A DNA stretch of 32,000 nucleotides from the NCBI RefSeq assembly GCF_003324675.1, contig NZ_CP030918.1:480001-512000 (forward strand), in the 5' to 3' direction. The first letter of the stretch is position 1. Every line of letters starts with the position of its first letter. This document shows, piece after piece, positions 1-8,683 of this stretch. This DNA is from Paracoccus suum (GTDB lineage: Bacteria > Pseudomonadota > Alphaproteobacteria > Rhodobacterales > Rhodobacteraceae). The position numbers and the translations under genes were made by a program. The notes below the pieces were generated by a model, which was given only the letters and a program-made list of their open reading frames with translations, had not been told where the DNA came from and ran no database searches.

Positions 1-1
1 G

Positions 2-877
2 ATCGAGGCGGTCTTCCTGATCCGTGCCTATCGCACCACCCTGCCCCGCTTTGGCGCGACCGAGCCGGTCGACACTGCCGCCATGCAGGCCGCGCGCCGC
101 GTCTCGGCCACGTTCAAGGACGTGCCGGGCGGGCAGCTGCTGGGGCCGACCTTTGATTACACCCACCGACTGCTGGATTTCCGCCTGCTGGCCGATGGCG
201 CGCTGCCACCCGCGCCCGGTCAGCCAGCAGACGCGGACCCCCAGCCGGTACCGCATGTACTGGGTTATCTCGACCGCGACGGCATGATCGAACCCGCCGC
301 CGACACGGGCACCGAGCCCGCCGACCTGACCCGCGCCCCGCTGGAGCTGCCGGCCAATCGTGCGCTGCGCCTGCAGGCCCTCGCCCGCGGCGACGAGGGG
401 TTCCTGTTGGGCCTCGCCTACTCGACCCAGCGCGGCTACGCCCGCAACCACGCCTTTGTCGGCGAACTGCGCATCGGCACGGTCGAGATCGAGATGTTCG
501 TCCCCGAGATCGGCGAGGTCGTCGGCATCGGCGAGGTCGAGATGACGGAATGCGAGACCATCAACCAGTTCAAGGGCAGCCGGACCGAACCCGCGCAATT
601 CACCCGCGGCTATGGCCTGAGCTTTGGCCAGACCGAACGCAAGGCACTGGCCATGGCGCTGGTAGACCGCGCCCTGCGCTGGGACGAACTTGGCGAGGAT
701 TTTGTCGGCGCTCCGGCGCAGGACGAGGAATTCGTGCTGAGCCATTGCGACAACATCCAGGCGACCGGCTTTCTGGAGCATATCAAGCTGCCCCACTACG
801 TCGATTTCCAGGCCGAACTTGAACTGGTGCGCCGCCTGCGCGCGGGCGTCCCGGACACCGAGGAGGACGCGGCATGA
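2..877 (+). CDS. phnI: C-P lyase subunit PhnI (alpha-D-ribose 1-methylphosphonate 5-triphosphate synthase), 5'-truncated at window edge
   Basis: The frame is open from the window edge (IEAVFLIRAYRTTLPRFG... precedes the listed Met at 83) to TGA at 875-877. The sequence resembles PhnI as I remember it, and phnJ/K/L/N/M follow. Confidence 0.9.
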   Translation: MEAVFLIRAYRTTLPRFGATEPVDTAAMQAARRVSATFKDVPGGQLLGPTFDYTHRLLDFRLLADGALPPAPGQPADADPQPVPHVLGYLDRDGMIEPAADTGTEPADLTRAPLELPANRALRLQALARGDEGFLLGLAYSTQRGYARNHAFVGELRIGTVEIEMFVPEIGEVVGIGEVEMTECETINQFKGSRTEPAQFTRGYGLSFGQTERKALAMALVDRALRWDELGEDFVGAPAQDEEFVLSHCDNIQATGFLEHIKLPHYVDFQAELELVRRLRAGVPDTEEDAA

Positions 878-1470
878 ACATCGTCTTTGACATCGGCAAC
901 GTGCTGCTCCGCTGGGACCTCTGGCCTGCATTCGAGGACGAATTCGCAACGCCAGCCGAGATGACGGCCTATCTGGACGAGATCGGCTTTCACGACTGGA
1001 ACCTGCAGCAGGATCGTGGCCGCAGCTGGGCCGAAGCGCATGACGATCTGCGCGCCCGGCACGGCGCGAGGGCCGAGCCCGCGACGCGCTATGCGGCCCG
1101 CCACGCGCTGACCATCCAGACGCCCATTACTGGCACATGGGCGCTGCTCGACCGACTGGCGCCGCGCCATTCGCTGTTCGCGATCACCAACTGGTCGGCC
1201 GAGACCTGGGCCGACGCGCTGCGCCTGCATCCCCGGCTGGGCCAGGTATTCCGCGACATCGTGATCTCGGGACGTGAGAAACTGGCCAAGCCCGACCCGG
1301 CGATCTTTCGGCTGTTTCTGGACCGCAACGGGTTGGCGGCGGGCGATTGCCTGTTCATCGACGACAATGCGGCCAATGTCGCGGCGGCACGCGAGGTGGG
1401 CATGGACGCGGTGCGGTTCACCGACCCCGAGGCGCTGGAGCGCGATCTGACCGCGCGGGGCCTGCTATGA
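874..1470 (+). CDS. HAD-superfamily phosphatase, subfamily IA (YihX-like, FDxGNV type)
   Basis: 198 aa. HAD motifs are visible: motif I FDIGNVL, motif II ITNWS, motif III KLAKPD, motif IV FIDDNAANV. The ATG overlaps the phnI stop (ATGA at 874-877). Confidence 0.85.
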   Translation: MNIVFDIGNVLLRWDLWPAFEDEFATPAEMTAYLDEIGFHDWNLQQDRGRSWAEAHDDLRARHGARAEPATRYAARHALTIQTPITGTWALLDRLAPRHSLFAITNWSAETWADALRLHPRLGQVFRDIVISGREKLAKPDPAIFRLFLDRNGLAAGDCLFIDDNAANVAAAREVGMDAVRFTDPEALERDLTARGLL

Positions 1471-1531
1471 CCCCTGCCAGACACGCGCCGACCATTCAGC
1501 CCCCCTGCCCCCAATCGCCGGAGCTCCTGTC

Positions 1532-2371
1532 GTGACCGATCAGGCCTTCAACTTTGCCTATCTGGACGAGGACACCAAGCGGATGATCCGCCGGGCGATC
1601 CTGAAGGGCCTCGCGGTGCCGGGTTATCAGGTACCCTTTGCCAGCCGCGAGATGCCGATGCCCTATGGCTGGGGCACCGGCGGGGTCCAGGTCACAGCCG
1701 CCTGCCTGGTACCCGAGGATGTGCTGAAGGTCATCGACCAGGGTGCCGACGACACCACCAATGCGGTCAGCATCCGCAAGTTCTTCCAGCGCACCGCCGA
1801 CGTCGCCACGACCGAGCGCACCGGCGAGGCGAGCGTCATCCAGACCCGCCACCGTATCCCCGAAACCCCGCTGCGCGAGGGGCAGGTGCTGGTCTATCAG
1901 GTGCCGATCCCCGAACCGCTGCGCTTCCTCGAGCCGCGCGAGGTCGAGACGCGGCGCATGCATGCGCTGTCGGAATACGGGCTGATGCAGGTGCGCCTTT
2001 ACGAGGATATCGCCCGCCACGGTGAGATTGCGACCGCCTACGCCTATCCGGTGATGGTCAACGGCCGGCATGTGATGGACCCCTCGCCCATCCCGCGGTT
2101 CGACAACCCCCGGATGCACATGTCGCCGGCGATCCAGCTGTTCGGCGCCGGGCGCGAGCAGCGCATCTACGCCTTGCCGCCGTGGACCGAGGTCGTCAGC
2201 CTCGATTTCGACGACCACCCCTTTACCGCATCCAAGGCGGGCGGCTGCTGCGCGCTGTGCGGCGCGGACAGCAGCTATCTGGACGAAGTCATCACCGACG
2301 ACAGCGGCACGCGGATGTTCGTCTGCTCGGATACCGATTTCTGCACCTCCCGGCAGGAGGATGCCGCATGA
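1532..2371 (+). CDS. phnJ: alpha-D-ribose 1-methylphosphonate 5-phosphate C-P lyase PhnJ
   Basis: 279 aa with a GTG start preceded by GGAG. The protein is PhnJ-like throughout (FNFAYLDE...GYQVPFASREMPMPYGWGTGG) and has a C-terminal Cys cluster (CALCG...CSDTDFC). Confidence 0.95.
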   Translation: MTDQAFNFAYLDEDTKRMIRRAILKGLAVPGYQVPFASREMPMPYGWGTGGVQVTAACLVPEDVLKVIDQGADDTTNAVSIRKFFQRTADVATTERTGEASVIQTRHRIPETPLREGQVLVYQVPIPEPLRFLEPREVETRRMHALSEYGLMQVRLYEDIARHGEIATAYAYPVMVNGRHVMDPSPIPRFDNPRMHMSPAIQLFGAGREQRIYALPPWTEVVSLDFDDHPFTASKAGGCCALCGADSSYLDEVITDDSGTRMFVCSDTDFCTSRQEDAA

Positions 2372-3189
2372 GCTATGCCACGACCGCTGCCCTTGCCGGC
2401 GCCGATGCCTCCGTCATCGCCGTTGCGGAGGCCGATCCGCCCCTGTTGCGGGTCGAGGGCCTCGGCAAATCCTACGGCAGCCGCATCGGCTGCGCGGATG
2501 TCTCGTTCGATCTGTGGCCGGGCGAGGTCATGGGCATTGTCGGCGAAAGCGGCTCGGGCAAGTCGACGCTGCTATCCTGTCTTGCCGGGCACATGGCGCC
2601 CGATGCCGGCCGCGTGATGTTCGACGGCCGCGACACCGTCACGATGCCGGAGGTCGAGCGCCGGCGCCTCGGCCGCACCGACTGGGCCTTTGTCCACCAG
2701 AACCCCCGTGACGGGCTGCGCATGGCGGTCAGCGCCGGCGGCAATGTCGGCGAGCGGCTGATGGCCGTCGGCGCGCGCCACTATGGCAATATCCGCGAGA
2801 CGGCCGAGGACTGGCTCGGCCGGGTCGAGATCGACGCCAGCCGGATCGACGACCGCCCGCGCCAGTTCTCGGGCGGGATGCAGCAGCGGCTGCAGATCGC
2901 GCGCAACCTGGTGACCGGCCCGCGGCTGGTGTTCATGGACGAGCCGACGGGCGGCCTCGACGTGTCGGTGCAGGCGCGCCTGCTGGACCTGTTGCGCGGG
3001 CTGGTGCGCCGGCTGGGGCTGTCGGCGGTGTTGGTGACGCATGATCTGGCCGTGGTGCGGCTGCTGGCCGACCGGCTGATGGTGATGAAGGATGGCCGGG
3101 TGGTCGAAGCCGGGCTGACCGATCAGGTGCTTGACGATCCCCAGCATCCCTATACCCAGCTGCTGGTCTCATCCGTGCTGCAGGTCTGA
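2368..3189 (+). CDS. phnK: C-P lyase system ATP-binding protein PhnK
   Basis: The ATG at 2368 overlaps the phnJ stop (ATGA). Walker A is GESGSGKST, the signature is FSGGMQQR, and the C-terminus is HPYTQLLVSSVLQ as in E. coli PhnK. The upstream part of the 2182 ORF overlaps phnJ and was not used. Confidence 0.93.
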   Translation: MSYATTAALAGADASVIAVAEADPPLLRVEGLGKSYGSRIGCADVSFDLWPGEVMGIVGESGSGKSTLLSCLAGHMAPDAGRVMFDGRDTVTMPEVERRRLGRTDWAFVHQNPRDGLRMAVSAGGNVGERLMAVGARHYGNIRETAEDWLGRVEIDASRIDDRPRQFSGGMQQRLQIARNLVTGPRLVFMDEPTGGLDVSVQARLLDLLRGLVRRLGLSAVLVTHDLAVVRLLADRLMVMKDGRVVEAGLTDQVLDDPQHPYTQLLVSSVLQV

Positions 3190-3192
3190 GCC

Positions 3193-4152
3193 ATGATCCA
3201 CGCCTACGCCACAAGCGACCACTGCCTTGTGCCCCTGCCCGAGGACGCGCCGCTGGCCAGCGCGCGCTGGATTGACATGTTCGATCCGCAGCCGGCCGAG
3301 GTGGCGGCAGTCGACAGCCTGGGCTTTTCCGTCCCGACCCTCGAGGACATGGAGGAAATCGAGATCTCGAACCGCCTCTTTCGCGAGGGCGAGACCGATT
3401 ACATGACCGCGGTCCTGCCCGGCGCGGGACCGGACGGCCGCATCGTGGCGATGCCCGTGACATTCATCCTGTCACTCGACCGCTTGGTCACAGTGCGCCA
3501 CCACGAGCCGCGTCCCTTCGTCACCTTCCCGACCCGGGCCGATCGCGGTACGGCCGGGGTGGTCAATGCCGATCGCATCTTTCTGGGCCTGATGGAGGAG
3601 ACTGTCTCGCGCCTCGCCGACCTGATCGAGGGTGTCGGACGGGTGTTGGACCTGGTCGGCGGGCATGTCTTCGACGGCGGCGGCAGCGCCAAGGACGCGG
3701 TCCTGCGCGTCGCGCTGATGAAGATCGGCCAGCAGGCCGAGGTCATGGCCCGGGTGCGCCTGGGGTTGCTCTCGATCGAGCGGGTGCTGAGCTTTTACAC
3801 CGCCACCGCCGATGCGCGCGACGATGTCGAAAAGCTGCGCGCCCTGTCGCGCACGCTGAACCGCGACGTGCAGGCGCTGGAGGTTCATGCCGATTTCCTC
3901 GGCAACCGGATCGGCATGACGGTCGATGCGACGTTGGGCCTGATCAACCTGCAACAGAACAACACCGTTCGCGTGCTGTCGGTGGTCGCGGCGCTGTTCC
4001 TGCCGCCGACGGTGATCGCCTCGATCTACGGCATGAACTTCGACCACATGCCCGAGTTGCATTGGGCCTTTGGCTATCCCTTCGCGCTGGGGCTGATGGC
4101 CCTGTCGGCGCTGCTGATCTACCTGCTGGCGAAATGGAAGAAATGGTTATGA
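3193..4152 (+). CDS. CorA-family divalent metal ion channel
   Basis: 319 aa with a soluble N-domain, a YGMNF signature, and two C-terminal hydrophobic helices ending KWKKW. It starts 3 nt after the phnK stop, and its stop overlaps the phnL start. Confidence 0.85.
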   Translation: MIHAYATSDHCLVPLPEDAPLASARWIDMFDPQPAEVAAVDSLGFSVPTLEDMEEIEISNRLFREGETDYMTAVLPGAGPDGRIVAMPVTFILSLDRLVTVRHHEPRPFVTFPTRADRGTAGVVNADRIFLGLMEETVSRLADLIEGVGRVLDLVGGHVFDGGGSAKDAVLRVALMKIGQQAEVMARVRLGLLSIERVLSFYTATADARDDVEKLRALSRTLNRDVQALEVHADFLGNRIGMTVDATLGLINLQQNNTVRVLSVVAALFLPPTVIASIYGMNFDHMPELHWAFGYPFALGLMALSALLIYLLAKWKKWL

Positions 4153-4835
4153 TCCGGATCGAGAATGTCGCCAAGGATTTCACCCTACACAATCAGGGCG
4201 GCACGGTCCTGCGGGTGATGGAGGATGCCAGCCTGACCATCGCCCCGGGGGAATGCGTCGGGCTGATCGGCGCCTCGGGCGCAGGAAAATCGACGCTGAT
4301 GCGCATGGTCTGGGGCAACTACCGCGCCGCCAGCGGCCGCATCATGGTCGGCGATACCGATGTCGCACAGGCCGACCCCCGCGCCATCACCCGGCTGCGG
4401 CGCGGCACGCTCGGCTATGTCAGCCAGTTCCTGCGGGTCGTGCCGCGCGTGCCGACGCTGGACGTCGTGGCCGAGCCCCTCCTGACCCTGGGCACGCCCG
4501 AGCCCGAGGCAAAGGCCCGCGCCGCTGCTATGCTGCAGCGGCTGAACATTCCGCAGCGCCTATGGGGGCTGTCGCCGACGACCTTTTCGGGGGGCGAGCA
4601 GCAGCGGGTCAACATCGCCCGTGGCTTTATCCACCCCTCGCCTGCACTGCTGCTGGACGAGCCGACCGCCAGCCTCGACGCCGCCAACCGCGAGCAGGTG
4701 CTGCAGCTGATCGAGGAGGCCAAGGCGCGCGGCGCGGCTATCCTCGGGATCTTTCACGACGAGGCCGCCCGCGATCGGGTCTGCGACCGTTGCATCGACG
4801 TGGCCGGGTTCGCGCCCAAAGCCGCAGCGGCGTGA
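4149..4835 (+). CDS. phnL: C-P lyase system ATP-binding protein PhnL
   Basis: The ATG at 4149 overlaps the corA-like stop (ATGA). MIRIENVAKDFTLHNQGG..., Walker A GASGAGKST, FSGGEQQRVNIARGF and GIFHDE closely resemble E. coli PhnL. Confidence 0.92.
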   Translation: MIRIENVAKDFTLHNQGGTVLRVMEDASLTIAPGECVGLIGASGAGKSTLMRMVWGNYRAASGRIMVGDTDVAQADPRAITRLRRGTLGYVSQFLRVVPRVPTLDVVAEPLLTLGTPEPEAKARAAAMLQRLNIPQRLWGLSPTTFSGGEQQRVNIARGFIHPSPALLLDEPTASLDAANREQVLQLIEEAKARGAAILGIFHDEAARDRVCDRCIDVAGFAPKAAAA

Positions 4836-5392
4836 TAGCGCCCGTGGATCAGGCAGCCGCCCGGGCCTTTGCGCTCGTCGGGCCGTCGGGCGCGGGTAAG
4901 GATACGCTGCTCGCGGTGGCAAAGGCAGCGCGGCCGGACCTGCTGCTGGCCCGGCGCGTCATTACCCGCCCGAGCGAGGCGGGCGGCGAGGATTTCGAGG
5001 GCGTCAGCAACGCCGAGTTCGACGCCCGGAGGCCCGAGTTCGCCCTGACCTGGGCCGCCCATGGACTGCGCTATGCCATCCCCGCCAGCCTGCGCGCGGC
5101 CCAATGCGCGGGCCGCACCGTCATCTTCAACGGCTCGCGCGGGATGCTGGCCGAGGCGGCGCGCGCCTTTGCCCCGCTGTCAGTGATCGCGCTGGAAGCC
5201 GCGCCCGAGGTGCTGGCCGCCCGGCTGGCTGCGCGCGGACGCGAGGACGCCGCCGATATCCGCGCCCGGCTGGCGCGGGCCGACCTGTCCCTGCCCGAAT
5301 TGCCGGGCGTTCCGGTTCACAGGATCGACAATTCCGGCGACCTGGGCGCGGCGGTGGCGGCGCTGCTGGCCGTTCTGGACCGCGGCCGATGA
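4832..5392 (+). CDS. phnN: ribose 1,5-bisphosphate phosphokinase PhnN
   Basis: The GTG at 4832 overlaps the phnL stop (GTGA). The protein is 186 aa with P-loop GPSGAGKD and PhnN-like WAAHGLRYAIP and NGSR motifs. The long upstream part of ORF 4253.. overlaps phnL and was not used. Confidence 0.88.
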   Translation: MIAPVDQAAARAFALVGPSGAGKDTLLAVAKAARPDLLLARRVITRPSEAGGEDFEGVSNAEFDARRPEFALTWAAHGLRYAIPASLRAAQCAGRTVIFNGSRGMLAEAARAFAPLSVIALEAAPEVLAARLAARGREDAADIRARLARADLSLPELPGVPVHRIDNSGDLGAAVAALLAVLDRGR

Positions 5393-5394
5393 GC

Positions 5395-6075
5395 CTAGGC
5401 GGACAGCGGCAAGCGGCGGATCAGGTGGAAGCGGCCCTCGGCGTCCTCGCCCATCAGGCTCAGCGCCTCGATCGGCTGCGGGTCAGCCAGCAGCGGTGCG
5501 AGGCGAGGCTCGAGCGCGGCGCTGGCGCGTGCGGCAGTGTCCGCGTCCAGATTGCCGGTCAGCGTCATGTGGAACTGGAAATCCTCCATCACATGGGGAT
5601 AGCCCCAGCGTTGCAGGTGATCGCGCTGCCGTGGGCTGAGGCGGTCGGGATTGCGCCGCGCAATTTCGGCCGGGGTCAGGGGCGCGCGAAAGCGGTCAAG
5701 GGCTGCGACCAGCCGCGCCTCCAGCCCCGCCAGCGCCGCGCTGCGGGCGGTCGGGATCAGCGCCAGGAATCCGCCGCCCAGCCGTGCCAGTCGCAGGCCG
5801 CCGGCAAGGCCGAAGGCTGCCTCGGTCGCGCAGAAATTGGCAAAGGCAGCCTCCAGGGCGGCACGCTCGCCCGCCAGCCGGAACGGGGCTTTCATCGTCG
5901 CGTGAAAGCCATAGCGGCGCGGGGTATCGGTCAGCGCTGCCATGTCGAGCCCGTCAATCCGTGGCTGCGGCACCGCGCGGCCGGCAGCCACGTCCCAACC
6001 CAGCCATGCGGCCCCAAAATCGCCCAGCGCGCCGGGCGCCGTGTAATAGACCGCAAATCGTGCCAGACCCTGCAT
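5395..6075 (-). CDS. DUF1045-type 2H phosphoesterase (putative phosphonate-metabolism cyclic phosphodiesterase)
   Basis: I chose the start at Met 6075 (MQGLARFAVYY), which is preceded by GGGAGGA. Two H-x-T motifs (GFHATMKAPF and FQFHMTLTG) mark the 2H superfamily. The gene sits inside the phn cluster. Confidence 0.8.
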   Translation of the reverse strand: MQGLARFAVYYTAPGALGDFGAAWLGWDVAAGRAVPQPRIDGLDMAALTDTPRRYGFHATMKAPFRLAGERAALEAAFANFCATEAAFGLAGGLRLARLGGGFLALIPTARSAALAGLEARLVAALDRFRAPLTPAEIARRNPDRLSPRQRDHLQRWGYPHVMEDFQFHMTLTGNLDADTAARASAALEPRLAPLLADPQPIEALSLMGEDAEGRFHLIRRLPLSA

Positions 6076-6128
6076 GGTCCTCCCCTGGGGTTGCATCAAC
6101 GACATGTCCCTGCGCCAGACGCCCACCG

Positions 6129-7304
6129 ATGACCAGCCAGAACCCGAGTATCCCGATGACCCAAGACGCGATCCTTGCCAATGCCATCCTGATCCTGCCG
6201 GGCGAGACGCGCCGCGGCGGCCTGCGCCTGAAGGACGGCGCGATCGCCGAGATCCTGGACGGCGCAGAAGTACCGGCCGGCGCGCTCGATCTGGACGGCG
6301 ACTACCTCGCACCCGGCCTCGTCGAGTTGCACACCGACAACCTGGAGCAGCATCTGCAGCCGCGTCCCGGCGTGAACTGGCCTCATGCGGCGGCAATCAT
6401 CGCCCATGATGCCGAGTTGGCGGGCGTCGGCATCACCACCGTGTTCGACGCGATGCGCGTGGGGTCTATCAACAGCGGCGACCGGACCACCGATTACGCC
6501 CGCTACGCGCGCCCGCTGGCGACGGAACTGCTGGCAATGCGGGCCACCGGGGCGCTGCGGATCAGCCATTTCCTGCACCTGCGCGCCGAGGTCTGCAGCG
6601 AGACCCTGATCGAGGAACTAGACGAATTCGACGAAGGTGACCGCGTCGGCCTCATCAGCCTGATGGACCATACGCCCGGGCAGCGACAGTTTCGCGACGT
6701 CTCGCAACTGGAAAAATATGTGAAGGGCAAGTTCAACGTCGATGACGCCGGCTTCGCCGCCCATATCGCCCGGCTGCACGAGTTGCGGGCCCGCTTTGGC
6801 GACGATCACGAGGCGGCGGCAGTGGCGGTGGCCGGGCGCCTTGGGGCAGTGCTGGCCAGCCATGACGACACCACTGCCGAGCAGGTCGAGACCTCGGCCC
6901 GCTACGGCATCCGCCTGGCCGAGTTCCCGACCACCATCGAGGCTGCCGCCGCCTGCCACGAGCATGGCATCAAGACCATCATGGGCGCGCCCAACCTGAT
7001 CCGCGGTGCCAGCCACAGCGGTAACGTCGCCGCGCGCGAGTTGGCCGAGGCCGACCTGCTGGACATCATCAGCAGCGATTACGTCCCCTCGGCGCTGCTG
7101 ACCTCGGCCAATGTGCTGGCCGATCTGTGGGACGATCTGCCGCGCGCGATCGCGACCGTTACCGCGACTCCGGCCGCCGCCGCCGGGCTGGCGGATCGCG
7201 GACACATCGCCCCGGGCATGCGTGCCGACCTGATCCGTTTCCGCCGCATGGGCGGCAATGCCGTGCTGCGTGAAACCTGGGTGCAGGGCCGCCGCGTCGC
7301 CTGA
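6129..7304 (+). CDS. phnM: alpha-D-ribose 1-methylphosphonate 5-triphosphate diphosphatase PhnM (amidohydrolase fold)
   Basis: Start at ATG 6129, with an alternative ATG at 6156. It shows the amidohydrolase hallmark (LAPGLVELHTDNLE) and SHDD / GAPNLIRGASHSGN segments like PhnM. The upstream portion of ORF 5784.. is antisense to the DUF1045 gene. Confidence 0.9.
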   Translation: MTSQNPSIPMTQDAILANAILILPGETRRGGLRLKDGAIAEILDGAEVPAGALDLDGDYLAPGLVELHTDNLEQHLQPRPGVNWPHAAAIIAHDAELAGVGITTVFDAMRVGSINSGDRTTDYARYARPLATELLAMRATGALRISHFLHLRAEVCSETLIEELDEFDEGDRVGLISLMDHTPGQRQFRDVSQLEKYVKGKFNVDDAGFAAHIARLHELRARFGDDHEAAAVAVAGRLGAVLASHDDTTAEQVETSARYGIRLAEFPTTIEAAAACHEHGIKTIMGAPNLIRGASHSGNVAARELAEADLLDIISSDYVPSALLTSANVLADLWDDLPRAIATVTATPAAAAGLADRGHIAPGMRADLIRFRRMGGNAVLRETWVQGRRVA

Positions 7305-7411
7305 CGCCGGGCGCCGTCAAGGCGGGCGGCGCCACGGTGCTTGCGCGGCGCGCGCGCAGGGGCTAGTTCCGGCCGTCCCCCGGACCGCCGGGGGCCAGAT
7401 GCAAAGGGTCA

Positions 7412-8440
7412 ATGCCGATGGGCTACAAGGTCGTTGTCGCCGGCGCCACGGGCAACGTGGGCCGCGAAATGCTGAACATCCTGGCCGAGCGCCAGTTCCC
7501 GGTGGACGAGATCGCGGTGCTCGCATCGCGCCGTTCGCTGGGCACCGAGGTCAGCTTTGGCGAGCGAACCTTGAAGGTCAAGGACATTGACAGCTTCGAT
7601 TTCACCGGCTGGGACATGGCGCTCTTCGCCATCGGCTCGGAGGCGACGAAGCAATATGCCCCGATCGCGGCCAAGGCCGGCTGCGTGGTGATCGATAACT
7701 CGTCGCTCTACCGCTACGACCCGGACGTGCCGCTGATCGTGCCCGAGGTGAACGCCGACGCCATCGCCGGCTATGCCAAGCGCAACATCATCGCCAACCC
7801 CAACTGCTCGACCGCGCAGATGGTGGTGGCGCTGAAGCCGCTGCACGACCGGGCACGGGTCAAGCGCGTGGTCGTCAGCACCTATCAATCTGTCAGCGGC
7901 GCCGGCAAGGACGGCATGGACGAGCTGTGGGAGCAGACCAAGGCGGTCTACAACCCGACCTCGGAAGTGCCGCCGCGCAAGTTTCCCAAGCAGATCGCGT
8001 TCAACGTGATCCCGCAGATCGACGTGTTCCTCGAAGGTGGCGACACCAAGGAGGAATGGAAGATGTCGGCCGAGACCAAGAAGATCATGGGTTCGGAGAT
8101 CAAGGTCACCGCGACCTGCGTGCGCGTGCCGGTGTTCGTCGGCCACTCCGAGGCGGTGAACGTCGAGTTCGAGGACTTCCTCGACGAGGATGAGGCGCGC
8201 GACATCCTGCGCGAGGCGCCGGGGATCCTGGTGATCGACAAGCGCGAGCCGGGCGGCTACACGACCCCGGTCGAATGCGTCGGCGATTACGCAACCTTCG
8301 TCAGCCGCATCCGCCAGGACGCGACGGTGGAGAACGGTCTGAACCTGTGGGTCGTCAGCGACAACCTGCGCAAGGGCGCGGCCCTGAACGCTGTGCAAAT
8401 TGCGGAACTGCTTGGCAGCAAGATGCTGAAGAAGGGCTGA
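7412..8440 (+). CDS. asd: aspartate-semialdehyde dehydrogenase
   Basis: GYKVVVAGATGNVGREML is the NAD(P)-binding N-terminus and NPNCSTAQMV is the active-site Cys segment. The alternative start at 7418 (MGYKV) has better spacing to AAGGG. Confidence 0.95.
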   Translation: MPMGYKVVVAGATGNVGREMLNILAERQFPVDEIAVLASRRSLGTEVSFGERTLKVKDIDSFDFTGWDMALFAIGSEATKQYAPIAAKAGCVVIDNSSLYRYDPDVPLIVPEVNADAIAGYAKRNIIANPNCSTAQMVVALKPLHDRARVKRVVVSTYQSVSGAGKDGMDELWEQTKAVYNPTSEVPPRKFPKQIAFNVIPQIDVFLEGGDTKEEWKMSAETKKIMGSEIKVTATCVRVPVFVGHSEAVNVEFEDFLDEDEARDILREAPGILVIDKREPGGYTTPVECVGDYATFVSRIRQDATVENGLNLWVVSDNLRKGAALNAVQIAELLGSKMLKKG

Positions 8441-8465
8441 GGGTCTTCACCACCTGAAATGCTGG

Positions 8466-8494
8466 AAACGCCCGCGCGAGCCGCGGGCGTTTTG
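8466..8494 (+). terminator. Rho-independent terminator after asd
   Basis: An 11-bp perfect stem aaacgcccgcg / cgcgggcgttt (8466-8476 / 8482-8492) with a 5-nt loop runs into a TTT(T)G tract. Confidence 0.8.
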
Positions 8495-8683
8495 CTGTCT
8501 GTGGCCCCTCTTGGCAGCTCTTTGCCACTGGCGCGACACCTGCCGCCGAGACCGGAACACCGCATGGAGGCAGACGTTGTCTGCAGGATGCCGGGACGAT
8601 CACGCCCCGCGCGCTGAACAGTGACCCCAGCGGATGCCGCAACCATGGCAGACTGGGGCGCGAGATAAACAGAGGAGCTCGAT

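Noticed and set aside
509-539. 13-nt direct repeat atcggcgaggtcg with 18-nt period inside phnI (EIGEVV/GIGEVE)
   Set aside because: It is in-frame and short, and lies within a well-conserved gene. It most likely reflects similar adjacent beta-strand residues or an old slippage event, and shows no sign of phase variation.
4253-4831. Long N-terminal extension of the phnN ORF (379-aa version)
   Set aside because: It overlaps phnL in another frame and is Arg/Pro/Ala-rich. PhnN homologues are about 185 aa, and a GTG at 4832 gives a GTGA-coupled start right before the P-loop.
5784-6128. N-terminal extension of the phnM ORF, and the reciprocal extension 6076-6396 of the DUF1045 ORF
   Set aside because: Each extension runs antisense through the other gene and is Arg/Pro-rich. 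Internal Mets with Shine-Dalgarno-like sequences give proteins of the expected family length.
6076-6128. Search for a Pho box in the DUF1045/phnM divergent intergenic region
   Set aside because: I found only loose TGTC-containing fragments (acatgtccctg) and no tandem 7-nt repeats with 4-nt spacing that I could defend.
7377-7394. GC hairpin cccccgg-accg-ccggggg between phnM and asd
   Set aside because: It is a 7-bp stem with no following U-tract, and it lies only ~20 nt upstream of the asd start. It cannot be assigned as a terminator or an operator from sequence alone.
7409-8398. 329-aa minus-strand ORF
   Set aside because: It is antisense to asd. It is a shadow ORF.
8512-8527. Sigma-54-like motif TGGCAG-N-TTGCC upstream of the RTX gene
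   Set aside because: By my count the GG-to-GC spacing is one nucleotide shorter than the TGGCACG-N4-TTGCW consensus, which is normally invariant. I saw no enhancer-binding-protein gene nearby.
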